64,000 nucleotides of DNA from NCBI GenBank assembly GCA_963742305.1, contig CAVULN010000046.1, forward strand, positions 13,183 through 77,182. Reading direction: 5' to 3'. This DNA is from an uncultured Alphaproteobacteria bacterium (GTDB lineage: Bacteria; Pseudomonadota; Alphaproteobacteria; Rhizobiales; Beijerinckiaceae). The notes below the pieces were generated by a model. That model made no database searches, had not been told where the DNA came from, and saw only the letters and a program-made list of their open reading frames with translations. The translations under genes were made by a program, and so were the position numbers. Positions within the stretch are counted from its first letter, which is position 1. Every line of letters begins with the position of its first letter. Below, piece by piece: positions 1-10,059 of the stretch.

Positions 1-494
1 CGGTCATCGGGCTCATTCCGATCGACCCGGTCGTTCCTCTGCCGGATTTCGTCACCGCTCCCGACTTCAGCTATATTCAGGTTCCGGGCGGCGTGCCGTC
101 GCCGCCGGCCGCCTTCCCCAGCACAACCCTCTCGTATGACAACACCTACTACCCGGGCGGTTCGTGGTCCGTCTGCACGGACTACCCCTTCTTCGGCGGG
201 GTGCTTGACGTCTACGGGGTCGCCTTCACGATCGCCAATGGCGACGCCGTCGATCTATGGAGCAATGGCGTTCTTCCGGGCGCGACCTCGTCCGACTATG
301 GTCTCACTTTCGCGACGCCGATCGCGACCCTCGCCGCAGTCAACCCGGAATATACGGTCTCCGCCGAGCAGTACATCGCCGGGGGAGTCACCGTGGCCGC
401 CCCCGAGCCGTCGACATGGGCGATGATGCTGCTCGGCTTCGCAGGCCTTGGCTTTGCCGGCTATCGCAAGGCGCGCAAAACCGCGACCGCGTAG
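1..494 (+). CDS. PEP-CTERM (PEPxxWA-CTERM) sorting-domain surface protein, 5'-truncated by window edge
   Basis: Frame open from position 3; C-terminus APEPSTWAMMLLGFAGLGFAGYRKARK = PEP motif + TM helix + basic tail. Confidence 0.92.
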   Translation, partial: VIGLIPIDPVVPLPDFVTAPDFSYIQVPGGVPSPPAAFPSTTLSYDNTYYPGGSWSVCTDYPFFGGVLDVYGVAFTIANGDAVDLWSNGVLPGATSSDYGLTFATPIATLAAVNPEYTVSAEQYIAGGVTVAAPEPSTWAMMLLGFAGLGFAGYRKARKTATA

Positions 495-516
495 CGGCGC
501 GGGCCAAGACAAATCG

Positions 517-544
517 CAAGGGCCGCCCTCGCCGGCGGCCCTTG
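517..544. terminator. Probable bidirectional intrinsic terminator
   Basis: Perfect 11-bp stem CAAGGGCCGCC-N6-GGCGGCCCTTG between convergent genes. Confidence 0.7.
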
Positions 545-550
545 GCTTGT

Positions 551-1594
551 TCAGGTCCCGCCGCGCGCGCTGACCAACAGCGCAACGCCGAACGCCAGCA
601 CCGCGAGGGCGGCGGCGAACTCGAACCCTCGCGCGACCAGCGCGAGGCGCGAATTCTCTCCCGCCGCAAGCCGCATCGCGGTGGTCTTGGCGAACACCGC
701 CAGCCAGGCGAGCGCGGCGGTCGTCGCCGCCGTGCCGATGGCGATCGCCAGCGCCGCCGCGACTCCGGCGGCGAACAGCCCCTGCGCCATCGCGAACACC
801 AGCACCAGGATCGCGCCCGAGCAGGGGCGCGCCCCCGCGGCGATCACCGTTCCGGCCGCGTCGCGCCAGGAAAACGATCCGTCGAGCTCCGCCGGATCGG
901 GCGCGTGCGCATGCCCGCATGCGTCGGCAGGCCAGGCCGCGCCGTCGGACGGCCCGGCGCGGTAGGCCGCCGCCGAAAGGCTGAGCGGCGGCGGCCGCCA
1001 TGAAACGCCCGCATAGTCCGGGGCGGAAGCGATCGCCCGGCGCACGTCGCGACGCTGGGCGAGGGCCGCGATCAGCGCGCCGCCCTTCCGCCAGACCAGC
1101 CAGACGCCGATCGCGGCGACACTGCAATAGCTCGCGAGCACGATCCAGTCGGCGGCGTGGTTCATCTCGGAGGCGGTCGCCCGGAACACGAACCCGGCCG
1201 CGCCGACGAGCCCGATCGCGATCAGCGCCTGAAGCAGCGCCGCCATGAGCGACATCACGGCGCCGCGCTTGAGCGAACTTTCGTTGGCCAGCATGTAGGA
1301 GGCGAGGACCGCTTTGCCGTGTCCGGGGCCGGCGGCGTGAACCACGCCATAGGCGAGGCCGAGACCGACGAGTCCGAAGGCCGCGCTCGGGCGCCCGTGC
1401 AGCGCGTGCACCTCGGCCGCGATGAGGTGGGTGAGCTGCGACTGCTCGGCCATCAGCCAGCCGACGAGGCCGCTTGTCGACCCGCCCCCGTTCTCGCCGC
1501 CGGCGACGGCGAACGGCCGCGCGAGCGCGGGCGCGCCCGACAGGCTCCAGGCCGCCAATCCAAGGCTGGCGCTTAGGATCGCCCGGTTCGTCAT
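551..1594 (-). CDS. Nickel/cobalt transporter (HoxN/HupN/NixA-RcnA family)
   Basis: YGVVHAAGPGHGKA motif, central CGHAH loop, RPCSGA motif, multiple TM helices; ATG at 1594 overlaps upstream stop (ATGA). Confidence 0.88.
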   Translation of the reverse strand: MTNRAILSASLGLAAWSLSGAPALARPFAVAGGENGGGSTSGLVGWLMAEQSQLTHLIAAEVHALHGRPSAAFGLVGLGLAYGVVHAAGPGHGKAVLASYMLANESSLKRGAVMSLMAALLQALIAIGLVGAAGFVFRATASEMNHAADWIVLASYCSVAAIGVWLVWRKGGALIAALAQRRDVRRAIASAPDYAGVSWRPPPLSLSAAAYRAGPSDGAAWPADACGHAHAPDPAELDGSFSWRDAAGTVIAAGARPCSGAILVLVFAMAQGLFAAGVAAALAIAIGTAATTAALAWLAVFAKTTAMRLAAGENSRLALVARGFEFAAALAVLAFGVALLVSARGGT

Positions 1595-2244
1595 GGGCAG
1601 GCGACGATGGCGGCGCTCGCCATCTTGAACCCGAAATTGGTTCCGGGCGCGAGATTGGTGAAGAAGGATTCGGTCAGCTTCTGCTTGTCGTTCGCCTCGA
1701 GCGGCTTGGGCTTCGCGACCGTGACCACGCATCCCGACGGCGCGGAGACGAGCTTCACGGGCTCCTTATCGTCGAACTCGAAGTCGATGAAAAATTCCGG
1801 ATCGGCGACCCGAAGCGTGAGGAACTTGCCGACGGGCTCCGGGGTCTTGAGCGGCAGGACGACATGGAACTCGACCAGATGGTCGGGCCGCTCCCGCATC
1901 CAGTAGTCGCTCACCGAGCCGAAATCGGCTGCCTTGCCGCTGATCTTCAGCGTGGTGAAATAGCCGATCTCGGCCAGGCTGCCCGCGTTTTCCTTCGCCA
2001 GCGGCGCGAACTCCGCCTTGGTGACGAGTTGGCCGGCTGGCGCGAGGCCCTGGACGGCGAAGGATGAATACATCTCGTCGAACACCCAGTCGTGGACCAC
2101 CGCCGAGACCTTGCCGCCGGTGAACTCGATTTCGCTCTTGACCGTGACCCACACATGCGGATGCGCGAGAGCCGGCGCGGGCGCCGCGAGCCCCAATGCG
2201 AGCCCCAACGCCGCTCGTCGCCAGTTCCGCCGCGGAGCGTCCAT
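1591..2244 (-). CDS. DUF1007 family periplasmic protein
   Basis: Signal peptide then AHPHVWV, W-x-FDEMYS and DPEFFIDF motifs; usual partner of the Ni/Co transporter. Confidence 0.88.
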   Translation of the reverse strand: MDAPRRNWRRAALGLALGLAAPAPALAHPHVWVTVKSEIEFTGGKVSAVVHDWVFDEMYSSFAVQGLAPAGQLVTKAEFAPLAKENAGSLAEIGYFTTLKISGKAADFGSVSDYWMRERPDHLVEFHVVLPLKTPEPVGKFLTLRVADPEFFIDFEFDDKEPVKLVSAPSGCVVTVAKPKPLEANDKQKLTESFFTNLAPGTNFGFKMASAAIVACP

Positions 2245-2303
2245 GGCGGGCTTCCTTGCGGGCAAAGTGCGGCGATGCGATGGCGCGCAAGCCGCAAGGA
2301 TGG

Positions 2304-2344
2304 TTGAGCGATTCTTAACGGCCAATGGTTCAGCTTTCCTTAAG
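2304..2344. promoter_or_regulatory. Two tandem CtrA-like boxes
   Basis: TTGA-N7-TTAAC (2304-2319) and TTCA-N7-TTAAG (2329-2344) vs consensus TTAA-N7-TTAAC. Confidence 0.4.
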
Positions 2345-2367
2345 CCAATCCGCTCAAGTCTCGCGGC

Positions 2368-3310
2368 ATGGCGCGTTGCGTTCGGCCTGTCGTGTTTGTG
2401 CCTTTCGCTCTCGTTCTCACGAGCTGCGGGTTCTTCGGCCGCCCCGAGCGGCCGATCTGGCGCACGCAGGCCGAAAACGCCTGCTTCGCCCGCAAGCAGG
2501 TCGCGCTCTCCGACTGGATCGCCGTCGCGCCCGAGATCGATGGACCGGGAATCTGCGGCATGACGCGACCGCTTCATGTGACCGCGCTCGACGACGGCGC
2601 GGTCGCTGTCGACAAGCGGCTCACCATCGACTGCCCGATGGTCGCGGCGCTGGAGACCTGGCTCAACACCATTGTCGAGCCTGACGCTCAGAGCCGCTTT
2701 GGTCAAAAGGTCGTGACCGTCAACGTGTTCGGCGCCTATAGCTGCCGGAGCATCGACAACATGCCCGGCGCACGCCTCTCCGAGCACGCCTTCGGCAATG
2801 CGGTCGACGTGGCGGGCTTCACCCTTGCCGATGGCCGGCGCATCGACTTCGTCCACGACTGGAAGACGGAAGGCAGCCAGGAGGCGGCCTTTCTGCACGA
2901 GGCGCACGCGGGCGCCTGCCAGGACTTCGCCACCGTGCTTGGGCCCGGCGCGGATGCGTTCCATACCAACCACATCCATCTCGACCTCGCCAATCACGGC
3001 TCGACCGACACCGGCCCGAGGCGCATCTGCAAGCCGAGGCCAACGCCGGATTTCCTGCCGCGCGCCCCAGCCCCGCGACGGCCTGCCGCCCGCGCCCGAG
3101 ATCGACGAGCCGCTCGACATCGCCCATCTGAGCGCTCCGGCCGCCGCTCAGCCGCCTCCGCCGGATGTTTCGGCAGGGTGGGGCCAGGGACCTGACGGCG
3201 CCTTGCCGCCGGCGCCGATCGGTGAGCCTTTGCCTCCGATCCTGCCGGCCGGCGCCGATCCGAGCGTTGACCGGAGCCCGACTTCCTCAATTCGCGGCCA
3301 CGACCACTAG
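2368..3310 (+). CDS. Extensin-like family lipoprotein (M15/DD-peptidase-like fold) with Pro-rich tail; frameshift near 3061
   Basis: Lipobox LTSC, YSCR, SEHAFGNAVD and HTNHIHLD motifs; the C-terminus continues in the 2798..3310 frame. Confidence 0.85.
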
Positions 3311-3322
3311 GCGAGCGTCCAG

Positions 3323-3742
3323 ATGAATGCAGAAGCGAAACGTTATGCCGGGGGCTGCCTGTGCGGGGCGCTGCGCTATGAGGCGGCCGGCGAACCGCTC
3401 GGCTCAGGCCATTGCTATTGCGCCGATTGCCGCAGGGCCTCGGGTTCGGGCTTCATTCCGTTCATGGGCTTCAAGGCCGACGCGGTCCGCTTCACTGGCG
3501 AAGCGCGCCAGTTCCGCTCGAAGGCGGCGCATGGGGGCGAGGCGGTCAGAAACCGCTGCGCCAAATGCATGAGCCTGGTGTTCGGCGGCGAGATTGGCAA
3601 GTCCGATTCGTATACGCTCTACGCGGGTTCGCTGGACGACCCGTCGGCCTTCCATCCGACCATGGCGATCTTCGCCTCGGGCCGTCCGGCCTGGGCGATC
3701 ATTCCCCCGGGCCTGAAGGTTTTCGAGCGGGCGCCGGGGTAG
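3323..3742 (+). CDS. GFA (glutathione-dependent formaldehyde-activating/CENP-V) family Zn protein
   Basis: GGCLCGALRY, HCYCADCRR and RCAKC cysteine motifs. Confidence 0.92.
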   Translation: MNAEAKRYAGGCLCGALRYEAAGEPLGSGHCYCADCRRASGSGFIPFMGFKADAVRFTGEARQFRSKAAHGGEAVRNRCAKCMSLVFGGEIGKSDSYTLYAGSLDDPSAFHPTMAIFASGRPAWAIIPPGLKVFERAPG

Positions 3743-4086
3743 GAATCCGAACTGGCGTCCTCGCCTCTCAGCGTCTCGACCGGCGCATCCCGGACAAACC
3801 GACGATCGCCGGTCAGCGCGACGCCCGGGCGGAGACGCGAAGCGCCTGTCATGCCGCCGCCCGATTGGGGCCTCACAACCGACGAGGCTCGCATCAAACT
3901 GAAAAGCCCCTCGCTTTGCATGAATCAAGCCGCTAGATTTACGCTGAAAGACGTCACAGAGCCGAGCCTTTCGGCCAGGCGCCGCGTGATCGCCGGGCTG
4001 CAAGAGACCGGCCTCATTCAAAAGCGCTTTCGCGCTGGACCGGCAAGTCGGCGTCAGAAGCGGGCAATGACCTCGGATTGGCAATC

Positions 4087-5022
4087 ATGCGCGGGCTGAT
4101 CGACGCGCTCGCCGTCGCTTTCGTTTTCTCCTTGCAAGGCGCTGCCTTGGGCGAGACTCCGCCGCCTCTGCCGGTTGAGGAAGTCGCGTCTGGCGTGTTC
4201 GTCCACATGGGCGAAATCGCGCTCATGAGCGAAGACAATAAAGGCGACATCGCCAATATCGGTTTCGTCATCGGCGACAAGGGGGTCGCCGTCATCGACA
4301 CCGGCGGGAGTGTGCCGGTTGGCGAGGGGCTGCTCGCGGCGATCCGCGCCCGCACCACGAAGCCGATCCTCTATGTCATCAATACCCACGAGCATCCGGA
4401 CCACGTGTTCGGCAACGCGGCCTTCGAGGGGCTCGGCGCGACTTTCGTCGGCCATCACAATCTGCCGCGCGCCTTGGCGATGCGCGGCCAGTTCTATCTC
4501 AAGGCGTTCCGCCGGATCATCGGCGAGAAGCTCGTCGATCAGGTCAAGATCATCCCCCCGACTTTGACCGTCGCCGACCGGATGACGCTCGATCTCGGAA
4601 ACCGGCCGCTCGAATTGCAGGCCTGGCCGCCGGCGCATACCGATTGCGACCTCACCGTGCTCGATACGAAAACCGGCACGTTGTTTGCGGGCGACCTCGT
4701 GTTCGTGAAGCATCTGCCGATCATCGACGGCTCGCTGAAGGGCTGGCTGGTCGATCTCCCGGCGCTGGCGCGCGTTCCGGCCGTCCGCGTCATTCCCGGC
4801 CATGGGCCGATCGGCCTGCCGTGGCCGCAGGCGCTCGACAGCGAGCGGGCCTATTTCGACCGCATCGCCAAGGACGTCAAAGAGTCGATCGCCAAGGGCG
4901 AGCCGGTCGACGGGGCGGAAAAATGGGCCGGCCAGTCGCAGAAAGATGACTGGCGCCTGTTCGACGACTATAATCGGCGCAACGTGACGGCGGCCTATTC
5001 GGAATACGAGTGGGACCAGTAG
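4087..5022 (+). CDS. Quinoprotein relay system zinc metallohydrolase (SoxH-like MBL fold)
   Basis: Signal peptide; NTHEHPDHVFGN, AHTDCD, AGDL, IPGHG motifs; C-terminal RNVTAAYSEYEW. Confidence 0.88.
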   Translation: MRGLIDALAVAFVFSLQGAALGETPPPLPVEEVASGVFVHMGEIALMSEDNKGDIANIGFVIGDKGVAVIDTGGSVPVGEGLLAAIRARTTKPILYVINTHEHPDHVFGNAAFEGLGATFVGHHNLPRALAMRGQFYLKAFRRIIGEKLVDQVKIIPPTLTVADRMTLDLGNRPLELQAWPPAHTDCDLTVLDTKTGTLFAGDLVFVKHLPIIDGSLKGWLVDLPALARVPAVRVIPGHGPIGLPWPQALDSERAYFDRIAKDVKESIAKGEPVDGAEKWAGQSQKDDWRLFDDYNRRNVTAAYSEYEWDQ

Positions 5023-5051
5023 CAGCCAACGCCCGGGACGGAGGCGCTTCA

Positions 5052-5872
5052 ATGGCGTGGATGATCAGCAGACGGCAGACTCTCGCGAGCCTCGCGCTTC
5101 TCGGCGCGACTGGCGGGCGCGCTGCTCGCTCAGGCCGACCAGGACCCAGATCCGTGGCCCGACCTCAAGCACATGTTTTTCAACGACGCGTCGATCGAGG
5201 AGGACAAGAGCCTCGTAAAGTTCGAGGCGCCCGCGCGCGCCGAGGACGCGGCGCTCGTGCCGGTGTCGTTCTCGGCGAAACTGCCGCCGGACGACAAGCG
5301 CCGCACGGTCAAGCTGACGTTGGTCATCGACCAGAATCCTGTGCCGCTGGCCGCCGCCTTCACCCTCGGCGAGAAGGCGGGCGATACGCGCATCTCGACC
5401 CGGGTCCGGGTCAATTCCTACACCAACGCCCGCGTCGTGGCCGAACTCAGCGACGGCTCGCTGCACATGGCGACCCGCTACATCAAGGCCTCGGGCGGCT
5501 GCTCGGCGCCGATGGTGAAGACCATGGACGAAGCGCTGGCCGACGCTCGGCCAGATGAAGTTCCGCATCCTGCCGCCGACCCCCGAGGCGCCGAACGAGG
5601 CGCTGCTCATGATCCGCCACCCGAACAATTCCGGGCTGCAGATGGATCAGGTGACGCGGCTCTATACGCCGGCGCGCTATATCGACAAGCTCGATGTCTA
5701 CCAGGGCGCCGATCTCGTGTTCTCGATGGCCGCCGGCATCTCGATCTCGGAGGACCCGAACTTCCGATTCACCTTCAAGCCGAACGGGGCGAAGATGTTT
5801 CGGGTCGAGGCCGAGGACACCAAGGGCAAGACATTTTCCGGCGCCTGGCCCGCGGCCCGCGATGGCGCGTGA
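5052..5872 (+). CDS. Quinoprotein dehydrogenase-associated SoxYZ-like carrier; frameshifts near 5115 and 5545
   Basis: Tat-like SRRQTL signal; RAEDAALVP, IDQNPVP, KASGGCSAP (SoxY-like) and HPNNSGLQMDQ...ISISEDPN (SoxZ-like) spread over three frames. Confidence 0.85.
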
Positions 5873-5905
5873 GGCGGGGTTGGGGGCCAATACTCGCCAA
5901 AGGGG

Positions 5906-6784
5906 ATGGCCGGGATGATCTCCGACGACGAGGTTCGCGCCTACCATCGGGATGGCGTGCTCCTGGTGCGGAATGTGCTCGGGGCGGAGACGCTTGCGCA
6001 TCTGCGCAGCGTCGTGGCCGGGCTTGTCGCGGGCGCGGCGGCGGTCACCGAGCATACCGACGTCTACGACCTCGAGCCCGGCCATACGCCCGAGGCGCCG
6101 CGGGTTCGTCGAATCAAGGCGGCGCACAAGGTTCACTCCGCGTTCGACTCAGTGGTCCGCAGCCAGCCTGTGCTCGACATCCTTACGAAGCTGATCGGCC
6201 CCAATCTGCGGCTGCACGGGTCCAAGCTGAACATGAAGTCGGCGCAGTACGGTTCGCCGGTCGAATGGCACCAGGACTGGGCCTTCTACCCGCACACCAA
6301 CGACGACATTCTGGCGATCGGCGTGCTGCTTGACGACACGGACCTCGCCAACGGTCCAATGCTGGTCACGCCGGGAACGCATCGCGGGCCGGTATGGAGC
6401 CATCACGGCGACGACGGTCGGTTCATCGGGCTGATCGATCCCGATCTGATCAGGGATGAGATCGCCCGCGCGGTTCCCTGCGTCGGCCCCGCGGGCAGCA
6501 TGTCGTTCCACCACGTGCGCGCGCTGCACGGTTCGGCGTTGAATACGTCGGATCGCCCGCGCAATCTGCTGCTGTACGAGGTCGCCGCGAGCGACGCCTG
6601 GCCATTGCTGGGGGTCAAGGATTTCGACGAGTTCGACAGCCGGTTGCTGGCTGGGCCTTCGACCGTAACGCCGCGGCTGACCGACGTCCCGGTGCGGATG
6701 CCGCTGCCCCCGCCGGTGCGGCAGGGTTCGATCTACGAGACGCAATCGGCCTCGCGGAAATCCTTCTTTACCCGAGTGTCCTGA
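5906..6784 (+). CDS. Phytanoyl-CoA dioxygenase (PhyH) family Fe(II)/2OG dioxygenase
   Basis: WHQD...LHGS..N.S..PR facial triad and 2OG-binding motif. Confidence 0.9.
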   Translation: MAGMISDDEVRAYHRDGVLLVRNVLGAETLAHLRSVVAGLVAGAAAVTEHTDVYDLEPGHTPEAPRVRRIKAAHKVHSAFDSVVRSQPVLDILTKLIGPNLRLHGSKLNMKSAQYGSPVEWHQDWAFYPHTNDDILAIGVLLDDTDLANGPMLVTPGTHRGPVWSHHGDDGRFIGLIDPDLIRDEIARAVPCVGPAGSMSFHHVRALHGSALNTSDRPRNLLLYEVAASDAWPLLGVKDFDEFDSRLLAGPSTVTPRLTDVPVRMPLPPPVRQGSIYETQSASRKSFFTRVS

Positions 6785-6818
6785 CGCGCGCTCCAGGCTC
6801 CGGAGACGAGCGGCCTCG

Positions 6819-7901
6819 CTACGCGGCCGCCGCCCCGGCCGCATATTCGCGCAGGCGGCTCACCATCTCGTCCGAATATTGCCGTCTCAGTCCGGCGGCC
6901 TCCATGGCGCCGCCGTTGACCCGGCGGGTGATCGCGTCGATGTCCCACTCGTCGGCCAAAGGCAGGCAGCCGTTGCTCGCCAGATACCAGCAGCCGGACC
7001 AGGCCGCGCCGTCGGGCGTCTCGCAAAACTCGGCCGCTTCCTCCGGCGTCTTGCCGATCGCGCGGGCGAAGGCCGCATATTCGTTGCGCCCGGTAAGCTG
7101 GATGAGGCCGCGGCCGCGGAAGCGGTAGCCATCGCCGCTCGCCGCATCGCCGTTGCCGTTGACCCCGGCGTAGACGAAATCCGCGAATTGCCGCTGATCG
7201 GCGCAATAGGGCTCGGCCGCCGCCGCCGTCGGAAACAGCGCGGGCCAGACCTGGCAGGCGCGACCGGGCGTGTAATGGAGGTCTTCGATCGTCTCGTTCA
7301 GCGCCGGGCCCGCCTCGGCCAGAAACTGCCCCATCGCCGCCGCCCGGCGCCGGTCGTTCGAGAAGCCGAACTTTTCGAAGGCGGAGACGAGAGCCGGGAT
7401 CCAGCGCGCGGCGTTCGCCTCCGGGCAGACGATTTTCATCGCGGCGCCGAGAGCGCCCGCGCCTTCGCCGGACTCGGGAGCCGGCGAAACGACTGGCGGA
7501 CGTCGCTGGACAGGAAGAGGAGGCGCGGGCGCCTTCGGCGCGCCGCCCTTCGCGCCGGGAATGACCACCGACATCGCATTTTCGATGAAGTCGGCGCCGA
7601 TATATCCCGAGCCGGCGATTCCCAGAAGAAGTTTCCAGTTGCCGGGATCGACGGTGACGATGTTCTGAAGATTGAGCGCGATCCCGGCGAGAACGCCGGC
7701 GATGAAGCCGATCATCAGGCTGAGGACCAGATAGGCGAGGCTGAACTCAGCCTGCTCGGAGGGCGTCGTCGAATTGAGCGAGCCCGCGTTCTTCAGGCCG
7801 ACAATCGCCCGCACCCCCTGCCCGAGGACTCCGAGAAGTCCGCACAGCAGCAGCGCGAGAAGAATGGTCCCTACGGTTGGAGCGCTCTCCTGCGCCGCCA
7901 T
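6819..7901 (-). CDS. Three-TM membrane domain fused to GH19 (chitinase/lysozyme-like) lytic domain
   Basis: Three hydrophobic Gly-rich helices, Pro-rich linker, then QFLAEAG...EDLHY, GDGYRFRGRGLIQLTGRNEY and ITRRVNGG. Confidence 0.8.
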   Translation of the reverse strand: MAAQESAPTVGTILLALLLCGLLGVLGQGVRAIVGLKNAGSLNSTTPSEQAEFSLAYLVLSLMIGFIAGVLAGIALNLQNIVTVDPGNWKLLLGIAGSGYIGADFIENAMSVVIPGAKGGAPKAPAPPLPVQRRPPVVSPAPESGEGAGALGAAMKIVCPEANAARWIPALVSAFEKFGFSNDRRRAAAMGQFLAEAGPALNETIEDLHYTPGRACQVWPALFPTAAAAEPYCADQRQFADFVYAGVNGNGDAASGDGYRFRGRGLIQLTGRNEYAAFARAIGKTPEEAAEFCETPDGAAWSGCWYLASNGCLPLADEWDIDAITRRVNGGAMEAAGLRRQYSDEMVSRLREYAAGAAAA

Positions 7902-8064
7902 GTGCCCGCCCCTGACCCAACGGCATCCTCATTGGCAGCGAATGCTTGAGAAGGAATTAACTGAACGGTCGCTCGTCTCGCGCCCGCCGTCCGTCACCCA
8001 CCCGGCGGATCGACAGATCGACGGCGCAGGTGGAGAGGGGCCTCGCCAGGGCGGATAGGGGCTC

Positions 8065-8907
8065 TTAAGCGGGGGCTTCCGCCTTCGTCTTGTCGACCAC
8101 GACGAGGACATAACAGCCCAGTCGCGTCGCAAGGTCGGCGTGATGCGTTTCCAGCCTGTGGATGGCGCGCCATACCAAGCGTCCGATCCTCGTGTGTTCA
8201 GAAACGCGGCGATCGAACTCAACGCTTGGCGCAGTATGGCAGCTGATTTTTACAAGACCCCACTTCTCCAGCTGTCTCCTCGTCCATCCCAGCGGCATCG
8301 GCAAATAGGGCAAGGGCGGCTTTGCACGCAGGGCGTTCAGCACCCAATTCAGACCCGGCGTCATCGCAACCACACGACGCATAAGCCGATAGGGGAACAG
8401 CAGCGGGAAAGGGTTCCCAAGGACGAAAATCGCCCGGCCGCCCGGCCTGAGGACGCGCATAGCCTCGTGGAACGCGGCGGCCTGACCATCAACGGTGTCA
8501 ATATGATAAATAGCCTGGGATGAATAGACGACGTCGAACGCGCCATCATCGAACGGCAGGCTCGTGATGTCGGCTTCGACGGTCTCAAACGGCACATTGG
8601 CGTTCTTGAGGGCGGCGGCCGCTTCGGACAGCCCGGTGCTCGAGAAATCCACCGCGGTGAACTTCGCGCACGATCCGGCCAGAAATAACGCGGGTCTGCC
8701 GCCGCAGCCCAGATCGGCCAGTCGGAGATCCGGCCCGCCGGCCGCCTGGAGCAGGCGGCCTTTTCTCTGCCTGTCAAGAGTTTTGTGAATGGGACCATCC
8801 ATCCAGCCAAACAAGAGAGTGTCGACTATCGTACCGTTCTCCCGGCGCCAGCCAATCCGGTTGTAGAAATTCCGCGTCGCGGCCGTGCCCTTTCGCAGGT
8901 CAATCAT
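8065..8907 (-). CDS. Class I SAM-dependent methyltransferase
   Basis: ADLGCGG, VDFS, ADITSLPFDDGAFDVV, RVLRPGG; visibly lower GC than the flanks. Confidence 0.88.
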   Translation of the reverse strand: MIDLRKGTAATRNFYNRIGWRRENGTIVDTLLFGWMDGPIHKTLDRQRKGRLLQAAGGPDLRLADLGCGGRPALFLAGSCAKFTAVDFSSTGLSEAAAALKNANVPFETVEADITSLPFDDGAFDVVYSSQAIYHIDTVDGQAAAFHEAMRVLRPGGRAIFVLGNPFPLLFPYRLMRRVVAMTPGLNWVLNALRAKPPLPYLPMPLGWTRRQLEKWGLVKISCHTAPSVEFDRRVSEHTRIGRLVWRAIHRLETHHADLATRLGCYVLVVVDKTKAEAPA

Positions 8908-9183
8908 AAATTTGTTCTTCTTTTTTCTAGCCTATGTTTTAGTACGTCTAAACCAAGCCGCCCCGCCGCGTCGAGCCGCCAGGGGAGAAACTTTGGATGC
9001 GGGTGACGGAATTACGTTTGAACGGGACGAGGGCGACGCAAGACGCGCTGCAGCGTGCGAGGCGGCCGCAGACCGGCGCGCGGGCGGTCCATCGGAGGGC
9101 CGGAAATTCTGAGACGATCCGTTTCGGATCGCCCTCTGGTTGCATTTTCGACCTCTCCGAACTCAGGCCGCCGGGCTTCCGGA

Positions 9184-10059
9184 TTATTCCACCGCCGACC
9201 CGACCATCTTGCCCCGGGCCGCCACGTACAACCCGCTGCCGATGATGATCGCGTTGCCGATGATGATCGGCGCGGTCGGCGTGTCGCGCCAGATAAGCCA
9301 GCCCAGGATCGCCGCCCACAGGATCGCCGAATATTGCAGCGGCGCCAGCACCGCGGCGCGAGCAAGCGACAGCGCCCGGGTGATGAAGATGAAACAGAGC
9401 ATCGACACCACGCCGACCAAAGCCATGAGGCCGACATCGAAGGCGCTCGGGGGCGTCCAGGCGAACGGGACGGTCGCCGCGCCGATGAGACCGCCGCCGA
9501 CGAATTGCCAGAACACCAGCGGCAGCCAATGGACGTCCCTGAGCTTGCGGGTGATCGTCTGATTGAGCGCGAACATGACCGCGCCGAACAGGGCGAGCGG
9601 CGCCGCGAGCGACAGCATCTGGTGCGAGGGCCTGAGCGCAATGACGACGCCGACGAAGCCGATCATGACCGCGACCCAGCGGAAGCGCTCGACCTTCTCG
9701 CCGAGCAGGGGCGCCGAAAGCGCGGTGACGATGAGCGGCGCCGCCATGTAGAAGGTCATCACGTCGGCGAGCGGAAGGTAGCGGGTCGCGTAGTAGAAGG
9801 AGAACGTGTCGACCGAGGCGCAGAGAACGCGCAGAATCTGAAGCGGAACCCGGCGCGAATCGACGAGCCTGACGGCGAGCGACAAAATGAACGGCGCGAG
9901 CACGATGACCGCGCCGATCGAGCGCAGCATCATCAGTGGGCCGACGCCATAGTCGGCGACCAGCCATTTGCCCAGCGCGTCGCTCAGCGCGAAGAGAGCG
10001 ACGCCCAGCAGATAGAGGCCAACGCCGAGGCCCTCGGTTCCGGAGCGAAGGGTCGGCAT
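9184..10059 (-). CDS. DMT/EamA family transporter
   Basis: About 10 TM helices; LLGEKV..RW, LAPLQYS motifs. Confidence 0.9.
   Translation of the reverse strand: MPTLRSGTEGLGVGLYLLGVALFALSDALGKWLVADYGVGPLMMLRSIGAVIVLAPFILSLAVRLVDSRRVPLQILRVLCASVDTFSFYYATRYLPLADVMTFYMAAPLIVTALSAPLLGEKVERFRWVAVMIGFVGVVIALRPSHQMLSLAAPLALFGAVMFALNQTITRKLRDVHWLPLVFWQFVGGGLIGAATVPFAWTPPSAFDVGLMALVGVVSMLCFIFITRALSLARAAVLAPLQYSAILWAAILGWLIWRDTPTAPIIIGNAIIIGSGLYVAARGKMVGSAVE

Noticed and set aside
3743-4086. pqqA precursor peptide near the quinoprotein relay genes
   Set aside because: No short ORF with the W..P...ExxxY pattern found
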